From the NCBI GenBank assembly GCA_934155645.1, contig CAKPHC010000006.1, forward strand, positions 30,625-94,624: DNA of 64,000 bases. The letters are read 5' to 3'. Origin of the DNA: an uncultured Bacilli bacterium (GTDB lineage: Bacteria > Bacillota_I > Bacilli_A > RF39 > UBA660). Below, piece by piece: positions 47,171 through 55,103 of the stretch; within the stretch, counting starts at the first letter, position 1; every line of letters starts with the position of its first letter. Below the pieces are notes generated by a model. It did no database searches and was not told where the DNA came from. It saw nothing but the letters and a program-made list of their open reading frames with translations. Both the position numbers and the translations under genes were made by a program.

Positions 47171-49485
47171 TATTTTTTCTCCTTTATCTTTTTATATATA
47201 TCAATATAGTTATCAACATATATAATTTCTAAATCCTTTTTTACTTCGGTAGGAACTTCTTTTAAGTCTTTTTCATTTTGTTTAGGTAAAAATACTCTTT
47301 TTATATTAGCTCGATGTGCTCCTATTAGTTTTTCTCTTACTCCCCCTATAGGTAATACTTTTCCTCTTAGAGTGATTTCACCAGTCATACTTATATTAGA
47401 AGAGACTAAAGTATTAGTCAATGAACTAAGCAATGCTGTTGTAATAGCAACACCAGCACTAGGTCCTTCTTTAGGTACTGCCCCTTCTGGTACATGGATA
47501 TGAATATCTATATTATCTATGTATTCTTCATCTATTTTGTACTCTTTAGCATTTGCTTTTATATAACTTAGTGCAATTCTTGCTGATTCCTGCATTACAT
47601 CTCCTAAAGAACCAGTTAATATTAAATTACCTTTTCCTTTAAAAGTAGTTACTTCTATTGGTAATATATCTCCTCCAAAAGGTGTATAAGCAAGTCCATT
47701 AACAATACCTATTCTTTTAGAATCATCATTATTAGTATAGAAATATTTTTTATTACCTAAATATTTTTCAATATTAGATTCTGTAATTTTATATGCTTTA
47801 TTTTCTTTATTTAGTACTCTATCTTTAACTACTTTTCTTAAGATTGTAGCAATCATTCTTTCTAATTCACGAACTCCTGCTTCTTTTGTGTAGTTTCTAA
47901 TAATTGTAAATATTACTTCGTTAGAGAAGGATACCTCTTCTTCTTTTAATCCATGTTCTTCAAGTTGTTTTTTTATTATATATTTTTTTGCTATATCTAG
48001 TTTTTCATATTCAGTATATGAAGATAGTTCTATTATTTCTAATCTATCTCTTAATTCACTAGGAATTTGTTCAATATAGTTAGCAGTTGCTATAAACATA
48101 ACGTTACTTAAATCGAATTCTTCTTCAATATAATGGTCTACAAAGTTTTTATTTTGTTCTTTATCTAATACTTCTAATAGGCTTGATGCTGGATCTCCTT
48201 TAATATCTTTAGTCATTTTATCTATTTCATCGATGATAAATACAGGGTTACTAGTACCCGCTTTCTTCATGCCTTGAATAATTAATCCAGGAGCTGCCCC
48301 AATATAGGTTCTTCTATGTCCTACTATTTCGGCTTCATCATTTACTCCACCTACTGATATTTTAGTACATTTACGTTTTAAACTATTAGCGATACTCTTA
48401 GCAAGAGTAGTTTTTCCAACGCCAGGAGGTCCTACTAAGCAGATAATTGGGCTTGTTAGGCCATTAGTATTCTGTTTTACAGCTAGATACTCAAGTATAC
48501 GCTCTTTAACTGTATCTAATGCATAATGAGTACTATCTAGACTTTCTTTTACTTTATTTAAATCACTAGTATCTTTAGTAAATTTATTCCATGGTAATTT
48601 TAATAACCAATCTATATATGTTCTTACAATACCTATTTCTGGTGAATTAGGATTAAAGCTAGAATATCTATTTAACTCAGTAAGTAATCTTTTACGTACT
48701 TTTATTGGACAATCTAATGATTCTATCTCTTTCTTTAAATTATCTACTTCATCATCTTTATCATTGGTATCTCCAAGTTCTTCTTTAATAACTCTTATTT
48801 TTTCACGTAAAACGTATTCTTTTTGACTTTCATCTAATTGTTTACTTACTTCTTGTTCTATTTCTTTTTCTAATTTTAGAATTTCCATATCTTGATTGAT
48901 GTCATCTAAAATCATTTTAACTCTAGATGTTGCAGATACTTCTTCTATATATTCTAGTTTTCTTTCAAATGTTGTTGGTAAGAAAAGTGCTACTACATCA
49001 GTTAGTTTATCTATATCATTAATACCTGCTGTTTGAGCTAAAACAGTATTGGACATATAAGGTACTTCTCTTACATAAACTTCTACATGTTTCATTAAAC
49101 TTCTAGCATAAGCAAGTTCTTCTTTAAGTTCTAATTCTTCTTTAGGAATATTACTTATCATCGCATCATAAGTATTATCTTCTTTGTTATATGTATGAAC
49201 CTTTACTCTATTAGTACCAGATAATATAATCCTAGTTTTACCATTAGGCATTTCTATTTTCATTTTAATTGTTGCAACTACACCTATTTTAGGTAATTCA
49301 CTAATATCAGGGTCTATTTCTAGATTATCTTTAGGATTAACTACTAAGATACTGTTATTGTAATAAGATTCTGCTAGTGATAATAATTTCTTATCATTAT
49401 CGTTATCAAATTCTAGACGCATTTCACTATGAGGGAATAAGACCATATTACGAATTAAAAGTACAGGTAAGTTAGTTTTAATCAT
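47170..49485 (-). CDS. lon: ATP-dependent Lon protease (LonA)
   Basis: LON N-domain, GPPGVGKTT, FIIDEIDK, PKEGPSAGVAITTAL (catalytic Ser). Confidence 0.97.
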   Translation of the reverse strand: MIKTNLPVLLIRNMVLFPHSEMRLEFDNDNDKKLLSLAESYYNNSILVVNPKDNLEIDPDISELPKIGVVATIKMKIEMPNGKTRIILSGTNRVKVHTYNKEDNTYDAMISNIPKEELELKEELAYARSLMKHVEVYVREVPYMSNTVLAQTAGINDIDKLTDVVALFLPTTFERKLEYIEEVSATSRVKMILDDINQDMEILKLEKEIEQEVSKQLDESQKEYVLREKIRVIKEELGDTNDKDDEVDNLKKEIESLDCPIKVRKRLLTELNRYSSFNPNSPEIGIVRTYIDWLLKLPWNKFTKDTSDLNKVKESLDSTHYALDTVKERILEYLAVKQNTNGLTSPIICLVGPPGVGKTTLAKSIANSLKRKCTKISVGGVNDEAEIVGHRRTYIGAAPGLIIQGMKKAGTSNPVFIIDEIDKMTKDIKGDPASSLLEVLDKEQNKNFVDHYIEEEFDLSNVMFIATANYIEQIPSELRDRLEIIELSSYTEYEKLDIAKKYIIKKQLEEHGLKEEEVSFSNEVIFTIIRNYTKEAGVRELERMIATILRKVVKDRVLNKENKAYKITESNIEKYLGNKKYFYTNNDDSKRIGIVNGLAYTPFGGDILPIEVTTFKGKGNLILTGSLGDVMQESARIALSYIKANAKEYKIDEEYIDNIDIHIHVPEGAVPKEGPSAGVAITTALLSSLTNTLVSSNISMTGEITLRGKVLPIGGVREKLIGAHRANIKRVFLPKQNEKDLKEVPTEVKKDLEIIYVDNYIDIYKKIKEKK

Positions 49486-49577
49486 AAAATCCCTCCTTGA
49501 AACATGTTTTTTATTATAACCAGTTAGTACTAAAAAAGCAACAAATATGACAAATTTTTACATGAGAAAAATTGGTT

Positions 49578-49602
49578 AAAAAAAGGACTTGTTTGAAGTC
49601 CT
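49578..49602 (-). terminator. Terminator of paralog P5
   Basis: Minus strand: AGGACTT-caaac-AAGTCCT + T7. Confidence 0.65.
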
Positions 49603-49607
49603 ATATA

Positions 49608-51263
49608 TTAATTTGTTTTTATAACATATGGATTTGATTCAGTGCCACCTCCGCTTATAACTTCTACAGTGGATTTTAGATTGATGACAGGACGCACAGC
49701 TGCTTGGCTGCTATACACATCGCCGTAACGAAGTCTACCGTCAGGAGATACTCCCCCCACCATAGCGTAAGTTTCATTTGTCCCGTTTGTCCCGCATGGC
49801 GTCATTGTCCAGAATAAATCACCGTTCGCTAAAAATGAATTTTCACCTGAATCACCCATATAAATTACTTCATCGGCTGTTACTAATCCTATTGGATACA
49901 TTAAGGCTTTATTTCCATTATTACTAGACGTCGTTGTATATAAATCATTACTTTGTGGGCACTTAAATTGTGGAATTCTTGTAGTCCCAACATATAATCT
50001 TTTAGCTACACCATAATCAGTACTTGTAGTTCCTATTCCAGTTCCACTTGATAAACTTCTATCTCCACAAAATCCTGCATCAGCGATAAGTGCTGAATAA
50101 TTAGTTAAATTATTTTGATACCAATTATCTAAAAATACTTTTATTGTACTTGAATTTGTATTAGCATGTGTTTCTGCATATGTTGTTGAACCTGGGGTTC
50201 CGTACATATATCCTACATATGCTGCATCATTATTTTTATCATTAAACACACTATCACCTATTGAATCTTGTTTGATTATTCTTACACTGCCATCTTCATT
50301 TATTCTTACTATTCGCCATAATTCCTCTTTAGAGCCATAAGTTGCATAAGCATTCGTCCATATTCCTCTAAAATCACTACTTCTACATGCTGCTTCGTCC
50401 ATTCCCACTATCATACCTAAACCATTTGATGTTGCATCGCATACTTTAGTTGATGTGCATTGAGCTTGAGTTGAATTCGAGCGAAGTCTTTCATTATCAT
50501 ACAAATTAACTTTTTTACCATTGTATGTACAGGTACTTACTTCTTCATTCCTTAATTTAACATAATTATTTTGAACATCTCCTCTAAAGTAGTATGTTCT
50601 CTTATTATCTTCTGTATTTGTACTTGTATAATATAATCCTTTTCCATTTGTATCACTACTTGCTTGTGAAAAATCTATATTTGTATCTGGTTGAGCTTTG
50701 TTATTTTTTAGTATTTTGCTTACTAATGTAGTGTCTTCGATAATCACATCTTCACTAGGAATAGTTTGTCCTACATCTTGCACACAATCTATATCTACTG
50801 TTAATATTTTTGATGTTTCTTCTGGTTGACTGGTGAAGTTTTCATCATATTCTATTTTTATAGTTATTGTTTTTGAGTCCCCTATCGCTAGTTTATCTCC
50901 TTTTTTTATTCCATCAATCGAAAATACTATAGCATTAGAACCTTCAGCTTTTGCATTTACATTTTCTATTATTGCATTAACATTACCGTCATTTGCAAGT
51001 GTTAAAGTATATGTAATTGAGTCACCTGGTAATTCTAAGTTAGCATCCATGGTTGCAGTTGTACCGCTTGCTGTTGGGTCAGTATTATTGCTTGCTCCAG
51101 TAGTTTTTTCTCCCGTTGTTATGCTTGTAAAATGTACTAACCATCTACCACTTATACCTACTGAACCATTTATTCTTAAATTAGTTGCAAAAATAGCATA
51201 TCCTACTGCCATAAATACAGCTGTTATACATAATGCGATTGATATTATTTTTTTATTTCTCAT
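49608..51263 (-). CDS. Secreted modular protein, family paralog P5 (with a Cys-containing insertion)
   Basis: MRNKKIISIALCITAVFMAVGYAIFATNLRINGSVGISGRWLV..LPGDSITYTLTLANDGNVNAI..VQDVGQ plus the shared C-terminal domain. About 74 extra residues lie between NNYV and WRIVRINEDGS. Confidence 0.9.
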   Translation of the reverse strand: MRNKKIISIALCITAVFMAVGYAIFATNLRINGSVGISGRWLVHFTSITTGEKTTGASNNTDPTASGTTATMDANLELPGDSITYTLTLANDGNVNAIIENVNAKAEGSNAIVFSIDGIKKGDKLAIGDSKTITIKIEYDENFTSQPEETSKILTVDIDCVQDVGQTIPSEDVIIEDTTLVSKILKNNKAQPDTNIDFSQASSDTNGKGLYYTSTNTEDNKRTYYFRGDVQNNYVKLRNEEVSTCTYNGKKVNLYDNERLRSNSTQAQCTSTKVCDATSNGLGMIVGMDEAACRSSDFRGIWTNAYATYGSKEELWRIVRINEDGSVRIIKQDSIGDSVFNDKNNDAAYVGYMYGTPGSTTYAETHANTNSSTIKVFLDNWYQNNLTNYSALIADAGFCGDRSLSSGTGIGTTSTDYGVAKRLYVGTTRIPQFKCPQSNDLYTTTSSNNGNKALMYPIGLVTADEVIYMGDSGENSFLANGDLFWTMTPCGTNGTNETYAMVGGVSPDGRLRYGDVYSSQAAVRPVINLKSTVEVISGGGTESNPYVIKTN

Positions 51264-51292
51264 ATTATCACCCTTGCGTATTCTATACTAGT

Positions 51293-51321
51293 ATTATATC
51301 TGTTTTAACACTTATTTTCAA
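51293..51321 (-). promoter_or_regulatory. Sigma-A-type promoter of P5
   Basis: TTGAAA-17 nt-TATAAT on the minus strand. Confidence 0.5.
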
Positions 51322-51330
51322 TAAATTATT

Positions 51331-51600
51331 TTATTCCTTCTTTATTTTTTCTAATTCTTTACTTATTTTGTCAACAGCATCTTTTAAAGTATCAATATCG
51401 TTACTAGAATTATCAGTGTTATCACCTTCTAAAGTTGTTACTTGTGATGCATATGTCTGCATTACTAATCCCACTAATTGTAACCAGTTACCTACACTAC
51501 CTTGTTCATTTGGACTTAATTCATTAACTAAAACTAGTCCTATTACTAAGGCGCTTCCAGTAAAAGTATAAGGGTCAATATCTATAATTATCTTTTTCAT
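51331..51600 (-). CDS. Small hypothetical protein (89 aa)
   Basis: Start moved to MKKIIIDIDPY (GAGGTA RBS). Hydrophobic core GNWLQLVGLVMQ, acidic coiled tail. Confidence 0.5.
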   Translation of the reverse strand: MKKIIIDIDPYTFTGSALVIGLVLVNELSPNEQGSVGNWLQLVGLVMQTYASQVTTLEGDNTDNSSNDIDTLKDAVDKISKELEKIKKE

Positions 51601-51665
51601 AATACCTCTACTGTAATTTATGTTTTTTTGAGTTTCTAGTAACAAAAAAGAAAGATTACTCTTTC

Positions 51666-52724
51666 TTAGCTAAAAAACATTCTTATTACATCATTAAATG
51701 TTATATATATTAATAATATCATTAGTAAGATAAATCCAATACTGTGGAAGATGTTTTCTACTTTAGGTTTTACTGGAGAACCTTTAATTTTTTCTATTAC
51801 TAAGAATAAGATTCTTCCTCCATCAAATGCTGGAAATGGGATTAAGTTAACAAATCCAACGTTTAGACTTAATAGTGCTAGTAATTGCAATACGCTTTCT
51901 AATCCAGCACTTCTTGTTTGACCTACTATTGAATAAATTCCTACTGGACCAGATAAATTATTCATACTTACAGCACCTGTAAATAATAATTTAAGAGTTA
52001 TACCCATTTGTTTAAATAATGCACCTGTTTTAACAAAGGCATATTTAAGTGGTGCAAAGAAACCTTTTTCTACTTCTTTTTGGAATTCAATACCAAATTT
52101 GTAAGTAGTTACTTCATCTATGGTTTCTTTTTGAGGAGTTATTTCATAAGTTGCAACTTCTCCTGTAACTTTCTTCATTTTAAAAGTCATCGTTTTTCCA
52201 GGCTTTGTAACAGACATATATAATCTAACATCATCAATAGTACTTATATGATTACCATTAACTTCAAGGAATTTGTCTCCTACTTCTATTCCTGCTTCTT
52301 TCATTGGATATCCATCAGTTAGTTTTCCTACTACTGGGTCCATATTAGTAGCACCAAAGAAAATACCACATAATAGCAATACTAGGAACGCTAAAATAAA
52401 GTTATTTCCTGCTCCAAAGAACATAATTAAGAATCTTTGCCATATTGGTTTAGAGTACATTTTTTTATCTTTAGGTACTCCTGTATCATCTTCTATTTCT
52501 TCACCTGCTAGTTGAACAAATCCTCCGATAGGAATTGCTCTTATACAGTATTCTGTCTCATCTTTTTTATTTTTTCTCCTATGAGACCATATTTTAGGTC
52601 CCATACCTATTGAAAATTCATAAGCATGAACTCCAAACATTTTAGCAAATATAAAATGTCCAAATTCATGTACTAAAACTATTATTCCTAATATTAAGAT
52701 GAAATATATTAATGTTAATATCAT
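51666..52724 (-). CDS. rseP: RIP metalloprotease RseP/RasP (M50 site-2 protease)
   Basis: HEFGHF, PDZ region, FDGG (NxxPxxxxDG-like) motif. Confidence 0.95.
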   Translation of the reverse strand: MILTLIYFILILGIIVLVHEFGHFIFAKMFGVHAYEFSIGMGPKIWSHRRKNKKDETEYCIRAIPIGGFVQLAGEEIEDDTGVPKDKKMYSKPIWQRFLIMFFGAGNNFILAFLVLLLCGIFFGATNMDPVVGKLTDGYPMKEAGIEVGDKFLEVNGNHISTIDDVRLYMSVTKPGKTMTFKMKKVTGEVATYEITPQKETIDEVTTYKFGIEFQKEVEKGFFAPLKYAFVKTGALFKQMGITLKLLFTGAVSMNNLSGPVGIYSIVGQTRSAGLESVLQLLALLSLNVGFVNLIPFPAFDGGRILFLVIEKIKGSPVKPKVENIFHSIGFILLMILLIYITFNDVIRMFFS

Positions 52725-52732
52725 AAATCCTC

Positions 52733-53533
52733 CTATAAAACTGCTAAAAACAAGATAAATCCTAGAACAATAAAGATAATACTATCTAATCTATCTAAGA
52801 TACCACCATGACCTGGTATTAAATTAGAGAAATCTTTAACTCCATAATATCTTTTAATTGCTGAGAAAACTAAGTCTCCTAATTGACCAATTAAAGATAA
52901 ACATAAAGTTACAAATATAATAATTCCTATATCAAGCCCTGGATTAATTACTGTACTATAATAAATAGAACCAGTAATTACACCCATTAATGTTCCACCC
53001 ATTAATCCTTCTATTGTCTTTTTAGGAGATATTAATGGTGCTAAAGGATTTTTACCTATATATCTACCTGTAATATAAGCAAATGTATCAGTAATAGTTG
53101 CAATTAAGAATAGATATATTACATAGTCTAGGCTAAAGTTTCTTAAAAGTATTAATAGATTAAAGCTTAATCCAATAAATAGAATTGAACCTATTAAGAA
53201 TAATGCATCGTTTAAGTTATACTTTTTACTGTCATTTATAAATACCATCGGTGCTAAGAAAACGAACATCATAATTGTCATTAATCTATAATCCATTAAG
53301 AAGTATAAATCTTTTGATTGATAATTATTTAATGTCATAAAAGCCACTAAAATATAGGCACATAATTCTACAAAGAAGGGAAATTCTTTTTTAGTTTTCC
53401 TTATCTTTAATAATTCATATAGTCCTAATAGTGCTATTAACAGCATTAGTAATGAATATGGTAATCCTCCTACTAATAATAATGGAATAAATATTGCTAA
53501 TAATACTACTGCACTTATAACTCTTACTTTCAT
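52733..53533 (-). CDS. cdsA: Phosphatidate cytidylyltransferase
   Basis: Polytopic protein with C-terminal IKRYYGVKDFSNLIPGHGGILDRLDS signature. Confidence 0.95.
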   Translation of the reverse strand: MKVRVISAVVLLAIFIPLLLVGGLPYSLLMLLIALLGLYELLKIRKTKKEFPFFVELCAYILVAFMTLNNYQSKDLYFLMDYRLMTIMMFVFLAPMVFINDSKKYNLNDALFLIGSILFIGLSFNLLILLRNFSLDYVIYLFLIATITDTFAYITGRYIGKNPLAPLISPKKTIEGLMGGTLMGVITGSIYYSTVINPGLDIGIIIFVTLCLSLIGQLGDLVFSAIKRYYGVKDFSNLIPGHGGILDRLDSIIFIVLGFILFLAVL

Positions 53534-53535
53534 AT

Positions 53536-54246
53536 CTAATTTCCTCCAAATCTTCTATTTCTTTTTTGATATTCTTCTAATGCTATATCAAATTCTTTTT
53601 CTTTGAAATCTGGAAATAATATGTTAGGAAATGTCATTTCACTATACGCCATTTGATATAACATGAAGTTACTTATTCTTAATTCACCACTAGTTCTAAT
53701 TAATAAATCTATTGGTGGTAAGTCATTATATAAGTATTTTGCAAATGTTTCTTTATTTAATGAATCTAAATCTAGAATTCCTTTTTTATAATCTTCTGCT
53801 ATTTTTTTACTAGCATCAATTATTTCTTCTTGTCCTCCATAGTTTAAGCAAATGTTTAAGATTCCATTTTTATTATTTTCTGTTTCTTTTTGAAGGGTAT
53901 CCATAGCTTTTAAAACGTCATCGCGTAATGGTTTTTCTCTTCCTGAAAATATTACTTTAATTCCTTCTTTTTTGAATCTTTTACATTTTTTAGTAAACAT
54001 ATCTATAAATAAATTCATTAAATAATCTACTTCTTCATCACTTCTTTTAAAGTTTTCTGTTGAAAAAGCAAATACGCTTAACACTTTTACTCCTTTTTTT
54101 AGAATATAGGTGCCAAGTTTTTCTAATGTTTTACTTCCTTCTAGGTGTCCCATACTTCTATTAAGTCCACGCTTAGTAGCCCACCTACCGTTACCATCCA
54201 TTATAATAGCAACGTGATTAGGAATATTTATATTCTCTTGATTCAT
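53536..54246 (-). CDS. uppS: Undecaprenyl diphosphate synthase
   Basis: HVAIIMDGNGRWA, FAFSTENFKR, IRTSGE.R.SNF. Start moved to MNQENI (AAGGTGGA RBS). Confidence 0.95.
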   Translation of the reverse strand: MNQENINIPNHVAIIMDGNGRWATKRGLNRSMGHLEGSKTLEKLGTYILKKGVKVLSVFAFSTENFKRSDEEVDYLMNLFIDMFTKKCKRFKKEGIKVIFSGREKPLRDDVLKAMDTLQKETENNKNGILNICLNYGGQEEIIDASKKIAEDYKKGILDLDSLNKETFAKYLYNDLPPIDLLIRTSGELRISNFMLYQMAYSEMTFPNILFPDFKEKEFDIALEEYQKRNRRFGGN

Positions 54247-54318
54247 AATCATCCACCTTACATTATAATTATAATACACAAACTTAAAAGTAACAATAAA
54301 AAAAAGAACCATTGGTTC

Positions 54319-54567
54319 CTAAAAACTGTCAATATTGATTTTTATTCTTTTATTATCTTTAAGATAGCTACTAGCTTGCACGATAGTACGGATAGAATTA
54401 GCAACTTTTCCTGCTTTTCCTATTACACGTCCCATATCGCTTTCATCAATCATTACTTGAATAACCATAGTATCTTCATCTTCAGATTCAAATTCTTTTA
54501 CACTTACTGCGTCTTTATTCACAGCAAGTGCTTTAACTAATTCTTCTGTTAATAAAACTAAATCCAT
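54319..54567 (-). CDS. KH-domain RNA-binding protein (YlqC/UPF0109)
   Basis: MGRVIGKAGKVANSIRT (GxxG KH loop); located right after rpsP. Confidence 0.85.
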   Translation of the reverse strand: MDLVLLTEELVKALAVNKDAVSVKEFESEDEDTMVIQVMIDESDMGRVIGKAGKVANSIRTIVQASSYLKDNKRIKINIDSF

Positions 54568-54569
54568 AA

Positions 54570-54842
54570 TTATTTTCCTTTTTTATTTTCAGCGTATTTT
54601 TTCATGATACCTGCTTTACTAAATAAGTTTCTAACAGTATCAGTGATTTCAGCACCATTACCTAACCATTTTAAAGCAACTTCTTCATTAATTTTTACTT
54701 CTGCTGGATTAGTTAAAGGATTATATGTACCAACTAATTCAAGATATTGTCCATCTCTTGGTCTTCTAGAATCAGTAGCAACAATACGATATACAGGTTT
54801 CTTTTTAGCACCCATTCTTGTTAATCTAATTTTAACTGCCAT
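54570..54842 (-). CDS. rpsP: 30S ribosomal protein S16
   Basis: [21 protein letters not shown]. Start moved to ATG 54842. Confidence 0.95.
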   Translation of the reverse strand: MAVKIRLTRMGAKKKPVYRIVATDSRRPRDGQYLELVGTYNPLTNPAEVKINEEVALKWLGNGAEITDTVRNLFSKAGIMKKYAENKKGK

Positions 54843-54934
54843 GTTATCCCTCCATTCCACTCGAATTCAATTTAATTATATATTAGCATTATATGTAATG
54901 TCAAGTATTTTTTGTTAACAGATAATAAAATTCT

Positions 54935-54963
54935 AAAAAAAGAAAACAGCTTTGAGCTGTTTC
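54935..54963 (-). terminator. Terminator downstream of valS copy A
   Basis: Minus strand: AAACAGC-tcaaa-GCTGTTT + T7. Confidence 0.6.
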
Positions 54964-55103
54964 TTTACTATTTTACTTTTTCTTGTAATATTACTAGCTT
55001 TTCTTCTTCCTCTTCTAATTTCTTACGGTCTAAGTCAACAATATTCTTTGATGATAATTATAAGTAGTATTCAACTTATTATAATTATTTAATTTTATAG
55101 ATG

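Noticed and set aside
54968-55057. 29-codon open frame (LSSKNIVDLDRKKLEEEEEKLVILQEKVK) in the 3' UTR of valS copy A, possibly a relic of a coiled-coil C-terminus
   Set aside because: It has no start codon or RBS and is too short to assign. It could be chance in AT-rich DNA.
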